A stretch of DNA of 61,209 nt, counting the filler. It is 6 parts of 6 records of this genome, joined end to end, with 100 filler letters (N's around TTAATTAATTAA, not from the genome) between each part and the next. Parts side by side here need not be neighbours in the genome. Positions count along the whole stretch, not along the records: positions 9,542 to 18,799 come from SRR31156797_30156; positions 18,900 to 30,595 come from SRR31156797_30168; 4 more parts are not named here. One strand, 5' to 3'. The number at the start of each line of letters is the position of its first letter. Positions within the stretch are counted from its first letter, which is position 1. Both the position numbers and the translations under genes were made by a program. The notes below the pieces were generated by a model that saw only the letters and a list, made by a program, of their open reading frames with translations, was not told where the DNA came from and did no database searches. Positions 9,442 through 18,900 of this stretch are shown here, piece by piece.

Positions 9442-9541
9442 NNNNNNNNNNNNNNNNNNNNNNNNNNNNNNNNNNNNNNNNNNNNTTAATTAATTAANNN
9501 NNNNNNNNNNNNNNNNNNNNNNNNNNNNNNNNNNNNNNNNN
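9442..9541. other. artificial contig linker
   Basis: 100 nt of N with a TTAATTAATTAA stop-codon spacer. Confidence 0.99.
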
Positions 9542-9662
9542 AACCATCCCGGAGGGTCCGGCGAAGCCGGCGCAATCCAAAGAAGTGAAAAATATTCTGT
9601 TGTCTTCGACTCTTTTTCTGCATGCCGATAACTAAAAACAATGAGTTTCCCTCATAATTAAA
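9542..9662 (-). repeat. archaeal dispersed hairpin repeat, copy 1 (partial)
   Basis: CCGGCGAAGCCGG at 9558-9570; the reverse complement aligns to 18705-18799 and 36225-36310. Confidence 0.8.
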
Positions 9663-9726
9663 TAAAAAATAAACAATGATTTCTTCTTAATTATGGTCCG
9701 GACATTCCTGCTTTAACGCTGTTTTT

Positions 9727-10264
9727 TCATCCCCTTTTCTCAATCGTTCTCACATCCTCATGTTCATTTAATTCTGAAAGATACGATTTTAGAAACTTTA
9801 ACTCATCATCCTTCTGTTCTCTTAAAAACTGATTTACGCGGACAAGATTTCCATAACTTCGTTGCAATTGCTCAGGAGAATCATCAATTACCAGCACTTT
9901 TGTCAGGTCATAGCTCTGTTTTTTAATTTTCTTCAGGTATTTTATGTAAATGCATGGGTCCATACTAATACTGTCTGAAGGGTGAACATATAATGTAGTG
10001 CATTTTTCCCTGGTCCACATGAACTTTAGGGGGACATGACTGTGGGAATATATTGGATACAATGCATTTTGCATATTCCGAATTTGCGGATGTCCATATT
10101 CCTATGTCAAATACTGAAGCTACAAAGTCCAGGAATTCATCAAGGTACGGTCGCTTATAGACATAATAATCCGAACATTGAAAATCATGTTGATGATCCT
10201 TTCTTGTAATCGTTGAATGTATCAGTGTTTCATCAAGATCAAGGATCAGCAGTTTATTTGCCAT
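9727..10264 (-). pseudogene. frameshifted NIF/FCP1-like HAD phosphatase
   Basis: LILDLDETLIHS..KRPYLDEFL..IWTSA in 9965-10264 continues as LKFMWTREKC..IDDSPE..GNLVRV..DDEL in 9727-10074; the shift falls in the C5 run at 10029-10033. Confidence 0.8.
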
Positions 10265-10646
10265 GTCAGTAAATTACCCGGAAAACACAAATATTTAACC
10301 TGATTGGAGTTAAAACAAAAATCAAAATGAATGAAAGCAGCATTTTCTGCGGCTGGTTACGGTGGTACGGTGCAGGTGCCAGTTGGTGGTTAATTTATAC
10401 TGGCCTGGGATGCATGCTCCGCGAACACTATCCCAGAGGTTCGTTTGTGGTTATTGCACCTGCAAATGCCTGATTGTCAGATGCGTATATATACATACTT
10501 TACTTTATGCATTCTTTATCAGATGATTGTACATATTTTGGGACTTACACATCCTTTAATTACTTGATAAAGCTTGAATACGCTTCAGATTCTATCTTTA
10601 AGTTAATATTATATGGGTGTACTTAGTAAATATACATCCGGTGCTA

Positions 10647-11441
10647 ATGAAAAAAATATTTCTGCTCACGATAGTAACCATTATGTTTCTGTCAGGCGTC
10701 CAGTTCACAGGGGCTGCTGAGACAGCCACCATCCACGGAGCTGTATATGAGTGGTCATCTTATGAGCTTCTGGAAAATGCTATCATTGAGGTGAATTCCA
10801 CACCTCCCCAATCTATGCTTGCCAACTACGGCATCTATTCTTTTAATCTGGCACCTGGCAATTACATGATATCTGCAGAGTACTACAATGGTGATGATCT
10901 GGTAGCACAAGCCGAAGAAGAGATAACCATAACCGATAATGGCGACTATGTAATGGACCTCTTACTCCTGCCGGTCTACTATGATGCTTCGCTTAATGAC
11001 ACTGGCTTTACGGAACTGGATGAGATCGCCACTCTTTCAGATGAGGAGCAGAATACGAATTCAATTTACATCGGAATACTGATTCTGGTACTTGTAGCAA
11101 TAATTGTTGCAGGCGCATATTATTTCACAAAAAAGCATGGCCAGGATATTCCTCTGGACAATGAAGATGAGTTTGATCCAGAAGGGAACTTTGATTCTAT
11201 CCTTGTTGAAGATAAATGGCAGGATCTTCCGGAGGATCTTCGTCAGGTTGTAGGAATTATTGCAAGTAACGAGGGGCGTATTACCCAGAAAGACCTGCGT
11301 ACAAAGGTAAAGCATTCTGAAGCAAAGGTCAGTCTTATGATATCGGACCTGGAGAGCAGGGGCGTTGTCAGGAAATTCAAGAAAGGACGGGGTAATGTTA
11401 TTATTCTTGAAGACAGTGATGAGCCAAACCAAAATATATAA
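10647..11441 (+). CDS. archaeal membrane protein with extracellular domain and C-terminal winged HTH
   Basis: Signal peptide MKKIFLL, TM IGILILVLVAIIVAGAYYF, and LPEDLRQVV..GRITQKDLR..SEAKVSLMISDLE..KKGRGNVI. Confidence 0.8.
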   Translation: MKKIFLLTIVTIMFLSGVQFTGAAETATIHGAVYEWSSYELLENAIIEVNSTPPQSMLANYGIYSFNLAPGNYMISAEYYNGDDLVAQAEEEITITDNGDYVMDLLLLPVYYDASLNDTGFTELDEIATLSDEEQNTNSIYIGILILVLVAIIVAGAYYFTKKHGQDIPLDNEDEFDPEGNFDSILVEDKWQDLPEDLRQVVGIIASNEGRITQKDLRTKVKHSEAKVSLMISDLESRGVVRKFKKGRGNVIILEDSDEPNQNI

Positions 11442-11515
11442 CTGCATTTAATGTGTAAGAGGGTAGACATTCAGAAAACACTCTGTTTACATATTAATGA
11501 CATTTATTACATCTT

Positions 11516-12040
11516 ATGAGGGTATACATGCGAGTTTCAATGGACATTGAGTTAAAAGATATTCCGGGGCAACTGCTTCTTGCCTTAAAACCGGTCTCCG
11601 AATTCAAAGGTAACCTGATTTCGGTAGTCCACCATCATGAAAAAAGGACCCCCCGTGGTACAATTCCGGTACAGATCGTTTTTGAGACAAAACCGGATAA
11701 CCTTAACAATATTGTCTCAAGCCTTGAAGCAAGTGATATTGCTATTGTGCGCATTGATGAAAAAAGGTATTTCGAGCACGGTGCGGTAATTCTTATCGGG
11801 CATATAGTTCATACTGATATACAGGATACCATCGATTCCATAGACAATACAGGATATGCAGAGATCGTGGACCTTAACCTTTCAATGCCAAAGATAAATA
11901 TGGCATCATCCGCATCCCTGAAGATCGATGCGGTTAGCAAGGAACATATGACAAAAGTTATTGACATACTGAAAGAGATTGCCAGGGAAAAAGACCTGCT
12001 TGTCATTGAACCTATCAAAAGTGAGCTTGGAGTGGTTTGA
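11516..12040 (+). CDS. ACT-domain amino-acid-binding protein associated with homoserine dehydrogenase
   Basis: ELKDIPGQLL..L.P.S...GNLISVVH; overlaps the hom start. Confidence 0.85.
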   Translation: MRVYMRVSMDIELKDIPGQLLLALKPVSEFKGNLISVVHHHEKRTPRGTIPVQIVFETKPDNLNNIVSSLEASDIAIVRIDEKRYFEHGAVILIGHIVHTDIQDTIDSIDNTGYAEIVDLNLSMPKINMASSASLKIDAVSKEHMTKVIDILKEIAREKDLLVIEPIKSELGVV

Positions 12041-13035
12041 TGAAGACCGTACGATTATCAATAATTGGCTTTGGCGCAGTAGGCCAGGGTGTTGCACAGG
12101 TTCTCCTGGACAAAAAAGAATATCTTGACAGCATTGGTCTTGATTTTAAGGTTGTTGCAATTGCAGATTCAAGGACAGCAGCAATTGATGCTGATGGTGT
12201 GGATCTTGCTGCCGTGATAGCCAGAAAAAAGACAGAAGGCACAGTTGGTGCTGAAAATGTATCCGGACTTAAGATCATAGAGACAATTGAGCATGAACTG
12301 GTCGTTGAAACCACACCAACCAATATTGTTACTGGTGGTGCAGGTCTTGATAATATGCTCATGGCCTTTAAACTGGGCAGGGATCTGGTAACGTCCAATA
12401 AAGGTCCTCTTGCAATGAAATACGGCGAACTCATGGAAGCTGCCGATGCAGGTAGCTCAAAGTTCAAGTTCGAAGCCACCGTGGGCGGAGCAATGCCTGT
12501 AATTAATCTTGCCAGTGACACACTGGCAGGCAATTCCATCACAAACGTTGAGGGAATATTTAACGGTACATGCAACTACATTCTTACACGGATGATGGAG
12601 GAGCATGCGCCTTATGAGCAGATGCTTGCAGAGGCACAGGAACTTGGTTATGCAGAAACCGATCCTACATATGATGTGGAAGGAATTGACACTGCCTGCA
12701 AGCTTGTAATACTTGCAAATTGTTTGTTCGGAATGAATGCAACCCATGAGGATGTCACAGTCACAGGTATTACCAAGATAACACCTGAAGCGCTCTTGCT
12801 TGCCCAGAATGATGGCTATGTTATCAAGCTCATAGGCGAGATTAACGACAGCATCATTAATGTAGGTCCGAAACTGGTGCCAATCGACCACCCACTTGCT
12901 GTGGGAGGCTCCCTGAATGTTGCATCTGTACAGACCGACCTTTCCGGTCCTATAACCGTTACCGGACGCGGGGCAGGGTCTATTGAGACCGCAAGTGCGA
13001 TTCTTAGTGATATGATCTCCATTTACAGGGACTAA
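12040..13035 (+). CDS. hom: homoserine dehydrogenase
   Basis: GFGAVGQG, VTSNKGP, FEATVGGAMP, GIFNGTCNYIL, GYAETDPTYDVEGID, GRGAG. Confidence 0.96.
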   Translation: MKTVRLSIIGFGAVGQGVAQVLLDKKEYLDSIGLDFKVVAIADSRTAAIDADGVDLAAVIARKKTEGTVGAENVSGLKIIETIEHELVVETTPTNIVTGGAGLDNMLMAFKLGRDLVTSNKGPLAMKYGELMEAADAGSSKFKFEATVGGAMPVINLASDTLAGNSITNVEGIFNGTCNYILTRMMEEHAPYEQMLAEAQELGYAETDPTYDVEGIDTACKLVILANCLFGMNATHEDVTVTGITKITPEALLLAQNDGYVIKLIGEINDSIINVGPKLVPIDHPLAVGGSLNVASVQTDLSGPITVTGRGAGSIETASAILSDMISIYRD

Positions 13036-13087
13036 AGTCCCTTTGTTTTAAATTTAACTTTTATACTTTTAAGGAAAAGGGCACATC

Positions 13088-14779
13088 ATGACAAGTTTCA
13101 GAGAATTTGCTCAGGCCTGCAAGCTTATTGAAAGTACACCGGGCTCCCTTGATATGACTGCCCTTGTTGCAGAAATGCTTGAAAAGGTAAGTCCTGAAGA
13201 ACTTCCGGTTGTAACTCATTTTGTAATGGGCGAAATATTTCCTGCCTGGAGTAGCGAGGACATTGGTGTTGGTGCAGGAATACTTTACAATGCTCTTGCG
13301 AAATCCGCAGGTATTTCGGTAGATGGCATAAAGGAACTTGTAAGGGAGACCGGGGACATAGGTGAAACTGCTGTAAAGGCTTTGCAGAAAGTATCCACCG
13401 GACAGGCAACCTTTTCTTCTTTCCTGGAGGATACTGATGATATCTCCATCATGGAAGTTTTTGACAGGTTTAAAGCCATCTCCAAATCCTCTGGAAAAGG
13501 TTCCCAGTCATCCAAAATCAAACATCTCCAGTATCTTTTTAATTCAGCTTCCACAGATGAAGTTGGCTACATTGCCCGTATTGCAGTTGAGGAGCTGAGA
13601 ATAGGCGTTGGTGAGGGAATAGTAAGGGATGCAATTTCCAGGGCCTTTGATGTCCCATCAGAGGATATTGAACGTGCCTTTATGCTAAGCAATGACCTGG
13701 GACTGGTTGCAGTCACTGCAAGAGAAGGTGGCAGGGATGCTGTGCTGACCCTTGGGCTTGAACTTAATCGTCCCATTCGTATGATGCTGGCCCAGATTAC
13801 CCCAAGTCTTGATGCAGCTGTTTCAGACCTTGGCACCGCTGCAGTTGAATGGAAATTTGACGGTGCAAGGGTGCAGATACACAAGGATGGGGACAATATC
13901 ACTCTTTTTTCACGCAGGCTTGAAAACATAACTGAATCCCTTCCGGACATAGTAGAAGCTGTCAGGGCAAATGTTGATGCGCAGTCTGCGATACTTGATG
14001 GTGAAGCCGTTGCCATTGATGAGAATGGAAGACCCCGTGCATTCCAGGACATACTGAAACGCTTCAGGAGAAAATACGATGTGCAGTCCACTGCACGTGA
14101 AATTCCTCTTATACTCAATCTTTTTGATATAATGTACCTCAATGGTGAGGAGCTCCTTGACCTGCCTCTTGTCCAGAGGAGGGAAAAGCTCCACGAATGT
14201 GTCAAGAACGGTGACAATATCAATGTTGATACCCAGTACCTGACAGATGATCCTGAGAAAATTCTTGAGATATACAATGATGCTCTTAAGGCAGGTCATG
14301 AAGGTGTGATGATTAAGAATCCTGAGTCAGTATATTCTCCCGGAAAGCGTGGCAAGAACTGGCTTAAGAAAAAGCCGGTTATGGAAACCCTTGATCTTGT
14401 TGTAATTGGGGCTGAGTGGGGATATGGAAGACGTACCAGTTTCCTTGGTTCCTATGCTCTTGCATGTCATGATCCTGATACCGGACGTTTCCTGCCTGTT
14501 GGACGTGTTGCAACCGGTTTTTCAGATGAACAGCTTGCTGAATTAACAGAACTTTTTGCTGACATGATAGTAGTTGAATCCGGGACAGAAGTTGAGATCA
14601 AACCTGAAGTCATCTTTGAGGTAGCTTTTGAGGAGATACAGAAGAGCGTAAACTATGAATCAGGCTATGCACTTCGTTTCCCCCGGCTTGTCAACGTAAG
14701 GTCTGATAAATCCATTGAGGATGTCGAAACCATAGGCCGTCTTGAGGAAATGTATCTGGTTCAGCGTGAGCGGAACTGA
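13088..14779 (+). CDS. lig: archaeal ATP-dependent DNA ligase
   Basis: EWKFDGARVQIH adenylation motif, LDGE, FDIMY, EGVMIK, GKRGKNWLKKK, ALRFPR. Confidence 0.97.
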   Translation: MTSFREFAQACKLIESTPGSLDMTALVAEMLEKVSPEELPVVTHFVMGEIFPAWSSEDIGVGAGILYNALAKSAGISVDGIKELVRETGDIGETAVKALQKVSTGQATFSSFLEDTDDISIMEVFDRFKAISKSSGKGSQSSKIKHLQYLFNSASTDEVGYIARIAVEELRIGVGEGIVRDAISRAFDVPSEDIERAFMLSNDLGLVAVTAREGGRDAVLTLGLELNRPIRMMLAQITPSLDAAVSDLGTAAVEWKFDGARVQIHKDGDNITLFSRRLENITESLPDIVEAVRANVDAQSAILDGEAVAIDENGRPRAFQDILKRFRRKYDVQSTAREIPLILNLFDIMYLNGEELLDLPLVQRREKLHECVKNGDNINVDTQYLTDDPEKILEIYNDALKAGHEGVMIKNPESVYSPGKRGKNWLKKKPVMETLDLVVIGAEWGYGRRTSFLGSYALACHDPDTGRFLPVGRVATGFSDEQLAELTELFADMIVVESGTEVEIKPEVIFEVAFEEIQKSVNYESGYALRFPRLVNVRSDKSIEDVETIGRLEEMYLVQRERN

Positions 14780-14824
14780 CTTTTCATCAAAAGTGTTATT
14801 AGTAAACAGCAATTGTTCTAAAAT

Positions 14825-15226
14825 ATGAGACATATGAGATTTAGAAGCCTTGTTTTGCTGACTGTTCTGATAAGCATACTGGCATTGTCATTTTCAGGTT
14901 GTGTGGATGAGCAGAGCTCAGAACAAGAGGAAACTGAGCTAGTTGAGGAACCAGAACCTATTGAAGTGGATACGATTGTGTATATCGACCAATATGAGTT
15001 TCATCCCTATATAGCAACGATATCTCCCGACGACACTGTACAATGGGTAAACAATGATTCAGTGGCTTTTATCATAAAGGGCAACCTTGTTGGTGGCGAC
15101 AGCTTCCAGTCCCCGACACTCAGGAAAGATGATACCTTTACTTATACGTTTGAAGATGCCGGTACTTACAAGTATGAACTTGTCACCCATCCATGGACAA
15201 AGGGTGGACAAATCGTAGTTGAGTAA
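14825..15226 (+). CDS. cupredoxin-fold lipoprotein
   Basis: Lipobox-like FSGC; TVQWVNND, FTYTFEDAGTYKY...HPW.KG.IVV. Confidence 0.75.
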   Translation: MRHMRFRSLVLLTVLISILALSFSGCVDEQSSEQEETELVEEPEPIEVDTIVYIDQYEFHPYIATISPDDTVQWVNNDSVAFIIKGNLVGGDSFQSPTLRKDDTFTYTFEDAGTYKYELVTHPWTKGGQIVVE

Positions 15227-15373
15227 ATAATTCGAAGCAGGACATCTCTGAGTCCTGAATATTTTACTATTTTTATGGCTTTTTTTCTTTCCCGGATAGT
15301 CAATGTCAGTTTATTTCAGGATACCTGTGGGCCAGATACCCAGGTCTGTACTGGAACATAAAACGTATTTCCG

Positions 15374-16192
15374 GTGTATACCTGGCAGTCCGGCGGTCTG
15401 GAAAAGTACGGTTTCACAGGTCAGGAGGACGATGCCGACACCGAACTGATGTACTACGGTGCGAGGTATTACTCACCTGAGTACAGGGTGTTCGTGCAGC
15501 CTGATATGATGCTGCCTGATGTTTATAATCCTCAGTACCTGAACAGATATGCTTATGTGCTGAATAATCCGGTGAGGTATACTGATCCGAGTGGGCATGT
15601 TGTTCAAATAGCAGCAGTAGTTGCAGTAGCAGCAGTAGTAGTAACCACAGCACTTGATGCTTATATGCTATCCTACAGTTATGATCAATACAAAGCAGAA
15701 CCAAACACAATAAATGGTGGATTTTTGGCATGGGATGTTACGGCAACAGCTTTACCACAAGTTCCAGGTTCATATATAGTCAGAGCTCCTAAGCTCTTAC
15801 AGTATGCTTGGAAATATACTAGGATTACAAACGATTTACCTTTCCTATCTCGTATAACTTACAAATTACATGAATTTGGAACTCTAGAAGGAGCTAATTT
15901 TGCAGCAAATAAAATAGTGGAAGAAGTTCGTGAATCAAATAGCAAAAATAACATTAACACTTATTTCAGTAGGACATTTGGTACAAATACCTTTAATGAT
16001 GTTGATCTTTCAGATTATTCACAGGCAAGTATCAGTGTATCCGGTAAATGGGTAGATTCTATAGAAGATGCTGATGGGTACTATTTAGTCGGCATAAATG
16101 AACGTAGAGGAAAAACTTTATGGCAAAATATAGATGGGGACATAAAAATAGAAGAACACGATAAAAAATCAGATGATGACTCAAGTGAATGA
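15374..16192 (+). CDS. orphan RHS-repeat-associated core with variable C-terminal (putative toxin) domain
   Basis: YGFTGQE.D..TELMYYGARYYSP...F.QPD...LNRYAYVLNNPVRYTDPSGH, then a hydrophobic stretch and an unrelated AT-rich tail; no N-terminal YD array. Confidence 0.85.
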   Translation: MYTWQSGGLEKYGFTGQEDDADTELMYYGARYYSPEYRVFVQPDMMLPDVYNPQYLNRYAYVLNNPVRYTDPSGHVVQIAAVVAVAAVVVTTALDAYMLSYSYDQYKAEPNTINGGFLAWDVTATALPQVPGSYIVRAPKLLQYAWKYTRITNDLPFLSRITYKLHEFGTLEGANFAANKIVEEVRESNSKNNINTYFSRTFGTNTFNDVDLSDYSQASISVSGKWVDSIEDADGYYLVGINERRGKTLWQNIDGDIKIEEHDKKSDDDSSE

Positions 16193-16355
16193 ATAAACGA
16201 AAGTGGGAGAGGATAAAGTTATTGGAGTTCAATGAACTATTTCTGAATTGCAACTCTTAATAATTATAACTCTCCTTCCTGAGTGAGTTTTGTAAAATAT
16301 TGTATGCATAATAAGTTAAGAAAAAAGTAGATTGCTTCAGGCCGAGGTTTCTCTT

Positions 16356-16838
16356 ATGGAAAATAAAGACAGGAAGTTCTCATTACTAACAATCATGCTT
16401 AATGATTATTCCACATTATTTGCTTTCTTAATTCCTTTTGTGTTAGGGGTTTCGCATCTCTTATTTTTATTTGGTTATATGCCTGATGGTTTTGGATTTG
16501 GTTTTACTGAGCCAAACGAATCTGACATCGATTCCTCTCTGATTTCTAAAACATTTTTTAGCATAGTGGGAATTACATATTTTGCCATAAGAGTTCGTTT
16601 TTTCTACATTTTGTATAAAAGAGGAATAGAGGTATCTGGTAGTATAATTGAATATTCATGTCACATAAGAGGAGCTAGGGTTGAGTATGAGTATATCTAC
16701 GATAATGAAAAATACTGGAAGGGAAATTCTCTGTCTTATGCATTCAAAAAGAATGATTTTCATGAGGGGGAGGAAGTCATATTACTGGTTGATCCAAAAA
16801 AGCCCACTCGGGCTATCATAAAGAATATATATTTTTGA
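16356..16838 (+). CDS. DUF3592-like membrane protein (possible immunity gene)
   Basis: Two TMs followed by G.EV.G.I...RVEYEY....Y...GEEV..LVDPKKP.RA. Confidence 0.6.
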   Translation: MENKDRKFSLLTIMLNDYSTLFAFLIPFVLGVSHLLFLFGYMPDGFGFGFTEPNESDIDSSLISKTFFSIVGITYFAIRVRFFYILYKRGIEVSGSIIEYSCHIRGARVEYEYIYDNEKYWKGNSLSYAFKKNDFHEGEEVILLVDPKKPTRAIIKNIYF

Positions 16839-16883
16839 TTTGTGCTACTGCAAGTTTTTAGATTCAATTGTTCATCTTAGCAC

Positions 16884-17100
16884 CACTACAAGCTTGAGAA
16901 AAACACCATCATAAACCAGAACGACATTAACAAAACACTGACAAGCGATATTTTCGGAAACATCGTAAAGGTCTACGAGTTCAACGGGAATGAGACCTAA
17001 ATCACAGGCTACGACTACGATGCCCTGAACAATCTCATAGAAATCACACCGGCCCTCAACAAGCCCATAAACCCTCCCAGTGTCAGCTTCACCTACGACG
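16884..17100 (+). pseudogene. RHS/YD-repeat gene remnant
   Basis: Manual translation HYKLEKNTIINQNDINKTLTSDIFGNIVKVYEFNGNET*ITGYDYDALNNLIEITP...SFTYD; in-frame TAA at 16998-17000; no start codon. Confidence 0.75.
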
Positions 17101-17294
17101 CCGAGAAACTCCTGCTGGACAGGATATATACTGCAAATCTGCAGAATCGTATCCCTTTCCCAGACACTGCTCGACCTGGCAGGAACGGGCTACTCTGCAA
17201 TGGATATAACAAAACAGTTAGTGTCGGTCTATGCCGCAATATGAACCCTCACAAATCACAAATCCTATATACTTACTGGACAGTAAGTTACTGT

Positions 17295-18680
17295 ATGGTA
17301 AGATTCTATGGGCGCGTGAAGGAACTCTCTCAGCTTGAAGAGATATACAATGCTCCTGCTTCATCCCTGGTCGTGTTCTATGGAAGGCGGCGTGTTGGGA
17401 AAACCGAGCTGAGCAAAGAGTTCGTGAAGGAGAGGAAAAGCCTTTACCTCTTCGTGGAGACAAAAAGTGAAGAGCTTTTATTGCGTGATCTGGAAATTGA
17501 GCTTGGGAACGTAACAGGCATCAGGCCACGTCTGGATAGTTTTGACGACTTTTTCACGATTATATTTGGAATGCAGGAAAAACTGGTGATAGTACTTGAC
17601 GAGTTTCAGAACTTTGCAAAGGTGAACCCTGACTTCTTTTCCAAATTCCAGAGGTACTGGGATGGTCATCACCGTGAGAGCGAGCATATGTTCATAGTCA
17701 TAGGCTCCTTTGTGGGAATGATGAAGAGGATCTTTGAGGAAAGCAAGGAACCACTCTTCGGGAGAGCCACCTACCTCTTCAACATCAAGCCCTTCACTTT
17801 TGCAGACAGTTATGTTTTCCTGAACGGCCTTAGTTCCTTTGAACTGGAAGAGGCCATGAAGACATACTTCATGCTGGGAGGAGTACCCAAGTACCTGCTC
17901 CTTGCAGCCCAGTTCAGCGACCCGAATGCCCAGAGCGTCTTTAGAAGACTCTTCATAGAAACACAGATGCTTATGGAAGAGGCAAAGAACATACTCGTTC
18001 TTGAATTCGGTTCGGAGCACAAAGGGTATTTTTCCATCCTCGAAGCAATCGCATCAGGCAAAGTGATCCCTTCACACATAACGGATTACACCGCAATGCC
18101 ACATGGAACAGTTTCAAAATACTTGAATGAGCTTGTTCACAAGTATGAGCTGGTCAAAAAGGAAGAGCCTGTAATATCCGGAGGGCCACGTAACTCCCGA
18201 TATTTCCTGCAGGATAATTTCTTCAACTTCTGGTTCAGGTTCATCTACAAACACTACGGAACCTTCGAAATTGACCCGGATCTGGCAGAGGACATTGTCA
18301 TGAAGGACCTGAACACATATTTCGGATATGCATACGAGGATGTGGCAAAGGAAGTGCTCATAATGCTAAATAAACAGCAAAAAATACCTTTCAGATTCAC
18401 TGATATTGGGAAGTGGTGGAAAAAAGAAACAGAGATCGACCTCATAGCTTTTGACAAAACCAGTCGCGATGCTTTGTTCTGTGAAGTAAAATGGAAACAT
18501 CTCTCCGAAAAGGAAGCCATAGGCATAATAGGGAAACTGAAAGAGAAAGCTAAAAAGGTTAATGGCACATGGAACGAAAACTACTGCCTGATAGCCGGAA
18601 AGATCGATGGAAAAGAAAAACTTGATTTTCTTGCTCTTGACTTGGATGACATCAAAAGAGAATGTACTGAACGAGATTGA
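17295..18680 (+). CDS. archaeal AAA-type ATPase with DUF234/restriction-endonuclease-like C-terminus
   Basis: FYGR..EL, YGRRRVGKT (Walker A), LDEFQ (Walker B), PLFGR, GGVPKYL, DNFFNFWFRF, EIDLIA..CEVKW. Confidence 0.9.
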   Translation: MVRFYGRVKELSQLEEIYNAPASSLVVFYGRRRVGKTELSKEFVKERKSLYLFVETKSEELLLRDLEIELGNVTGIRPRLDSFDDFFTIIFGMQEKLVIVLDEFQNFAKVNPDFFSKFQRYWDGHHRESEHMFIVIGSFVGMMKRIFEESKEPLFGRATYLFNIKPFTFADSYVFLNGLSSFELEEAMKTYFMLGGVPKYLLLAAQFSDPNAQSVFRRLFIETQMLMEEAKNILVLEFGSEHKGYFSILEAIASGKVIPSHITDYTAMPHGTVSKYLNELVHKYELVKKEEPVISGGPRNSRYFLQDNFFNFWFRFIYKHYGTFEIDPDLAEDIVMKDLNTYFGYAYEDVAKEVLIMLNKQQKIPFRFTDIGKWWKKETEIDLIAFDKTSRDALFCEVKWKHLSEKEAIGIIGKLKEKAKKVNGTWNENYCLIAGKIDGKEKLDFLALDLDDIKRECTERD

Positions 18681-18704
18681 TCGCATGCCATGATGGTAGA
18701 CTAT

Positions 18705-18799
18705 TAATTTTAGAGGATTAATCACGGTTTTTACTCTCCGGTATCCAGAAAAAGAGGCAAAGACAACAGATTATTTTTCACTTTTTTGGATTGCGCCGG
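18705..18799 (+). repeat. archaeal dispersed hairpin repeat, copy 2 (cut by gap)
   Basis: CAGAAAAAGAGGCAAAGACAACAGATTATTTTTCACTTTTTTGGATTGCGCCGG closely matches the reverse complement of 9567-9620. Confidence 0.8.
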
Positions 18800-18899
18800 N
18801 NNNNNNNNNNNNNNNNNNNNNNNNNNNNNNNNNNNNNNNNNNNTTAATTAATTAANNNNNNNNNNNNNNNNNNNNNNNNNNNNNNNNNNNNNNNNNNNN
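18800..18899. other. artificial contig linker
   Basis: N-run with TTAATTAATTAA. Confidence 0.99.
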
Positions 18900-18900
18900 G

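Noticed and set aside
9442-9541. TTAATTAATTAA motif recurring five times; apparent phage/archaea/bacteria mosaic
   Set aside because: It is a concatenation linker. Adjacency across linkers is not biological and is not evidence of HGT.
9542-18799. Pyrrolysine (TAG) read-through in the methanogen contigs
   Set aside because: The interruptions found are a frameshift, a TAA and a TGA. I saw no in-frame TAG splitting a recognisable gene.
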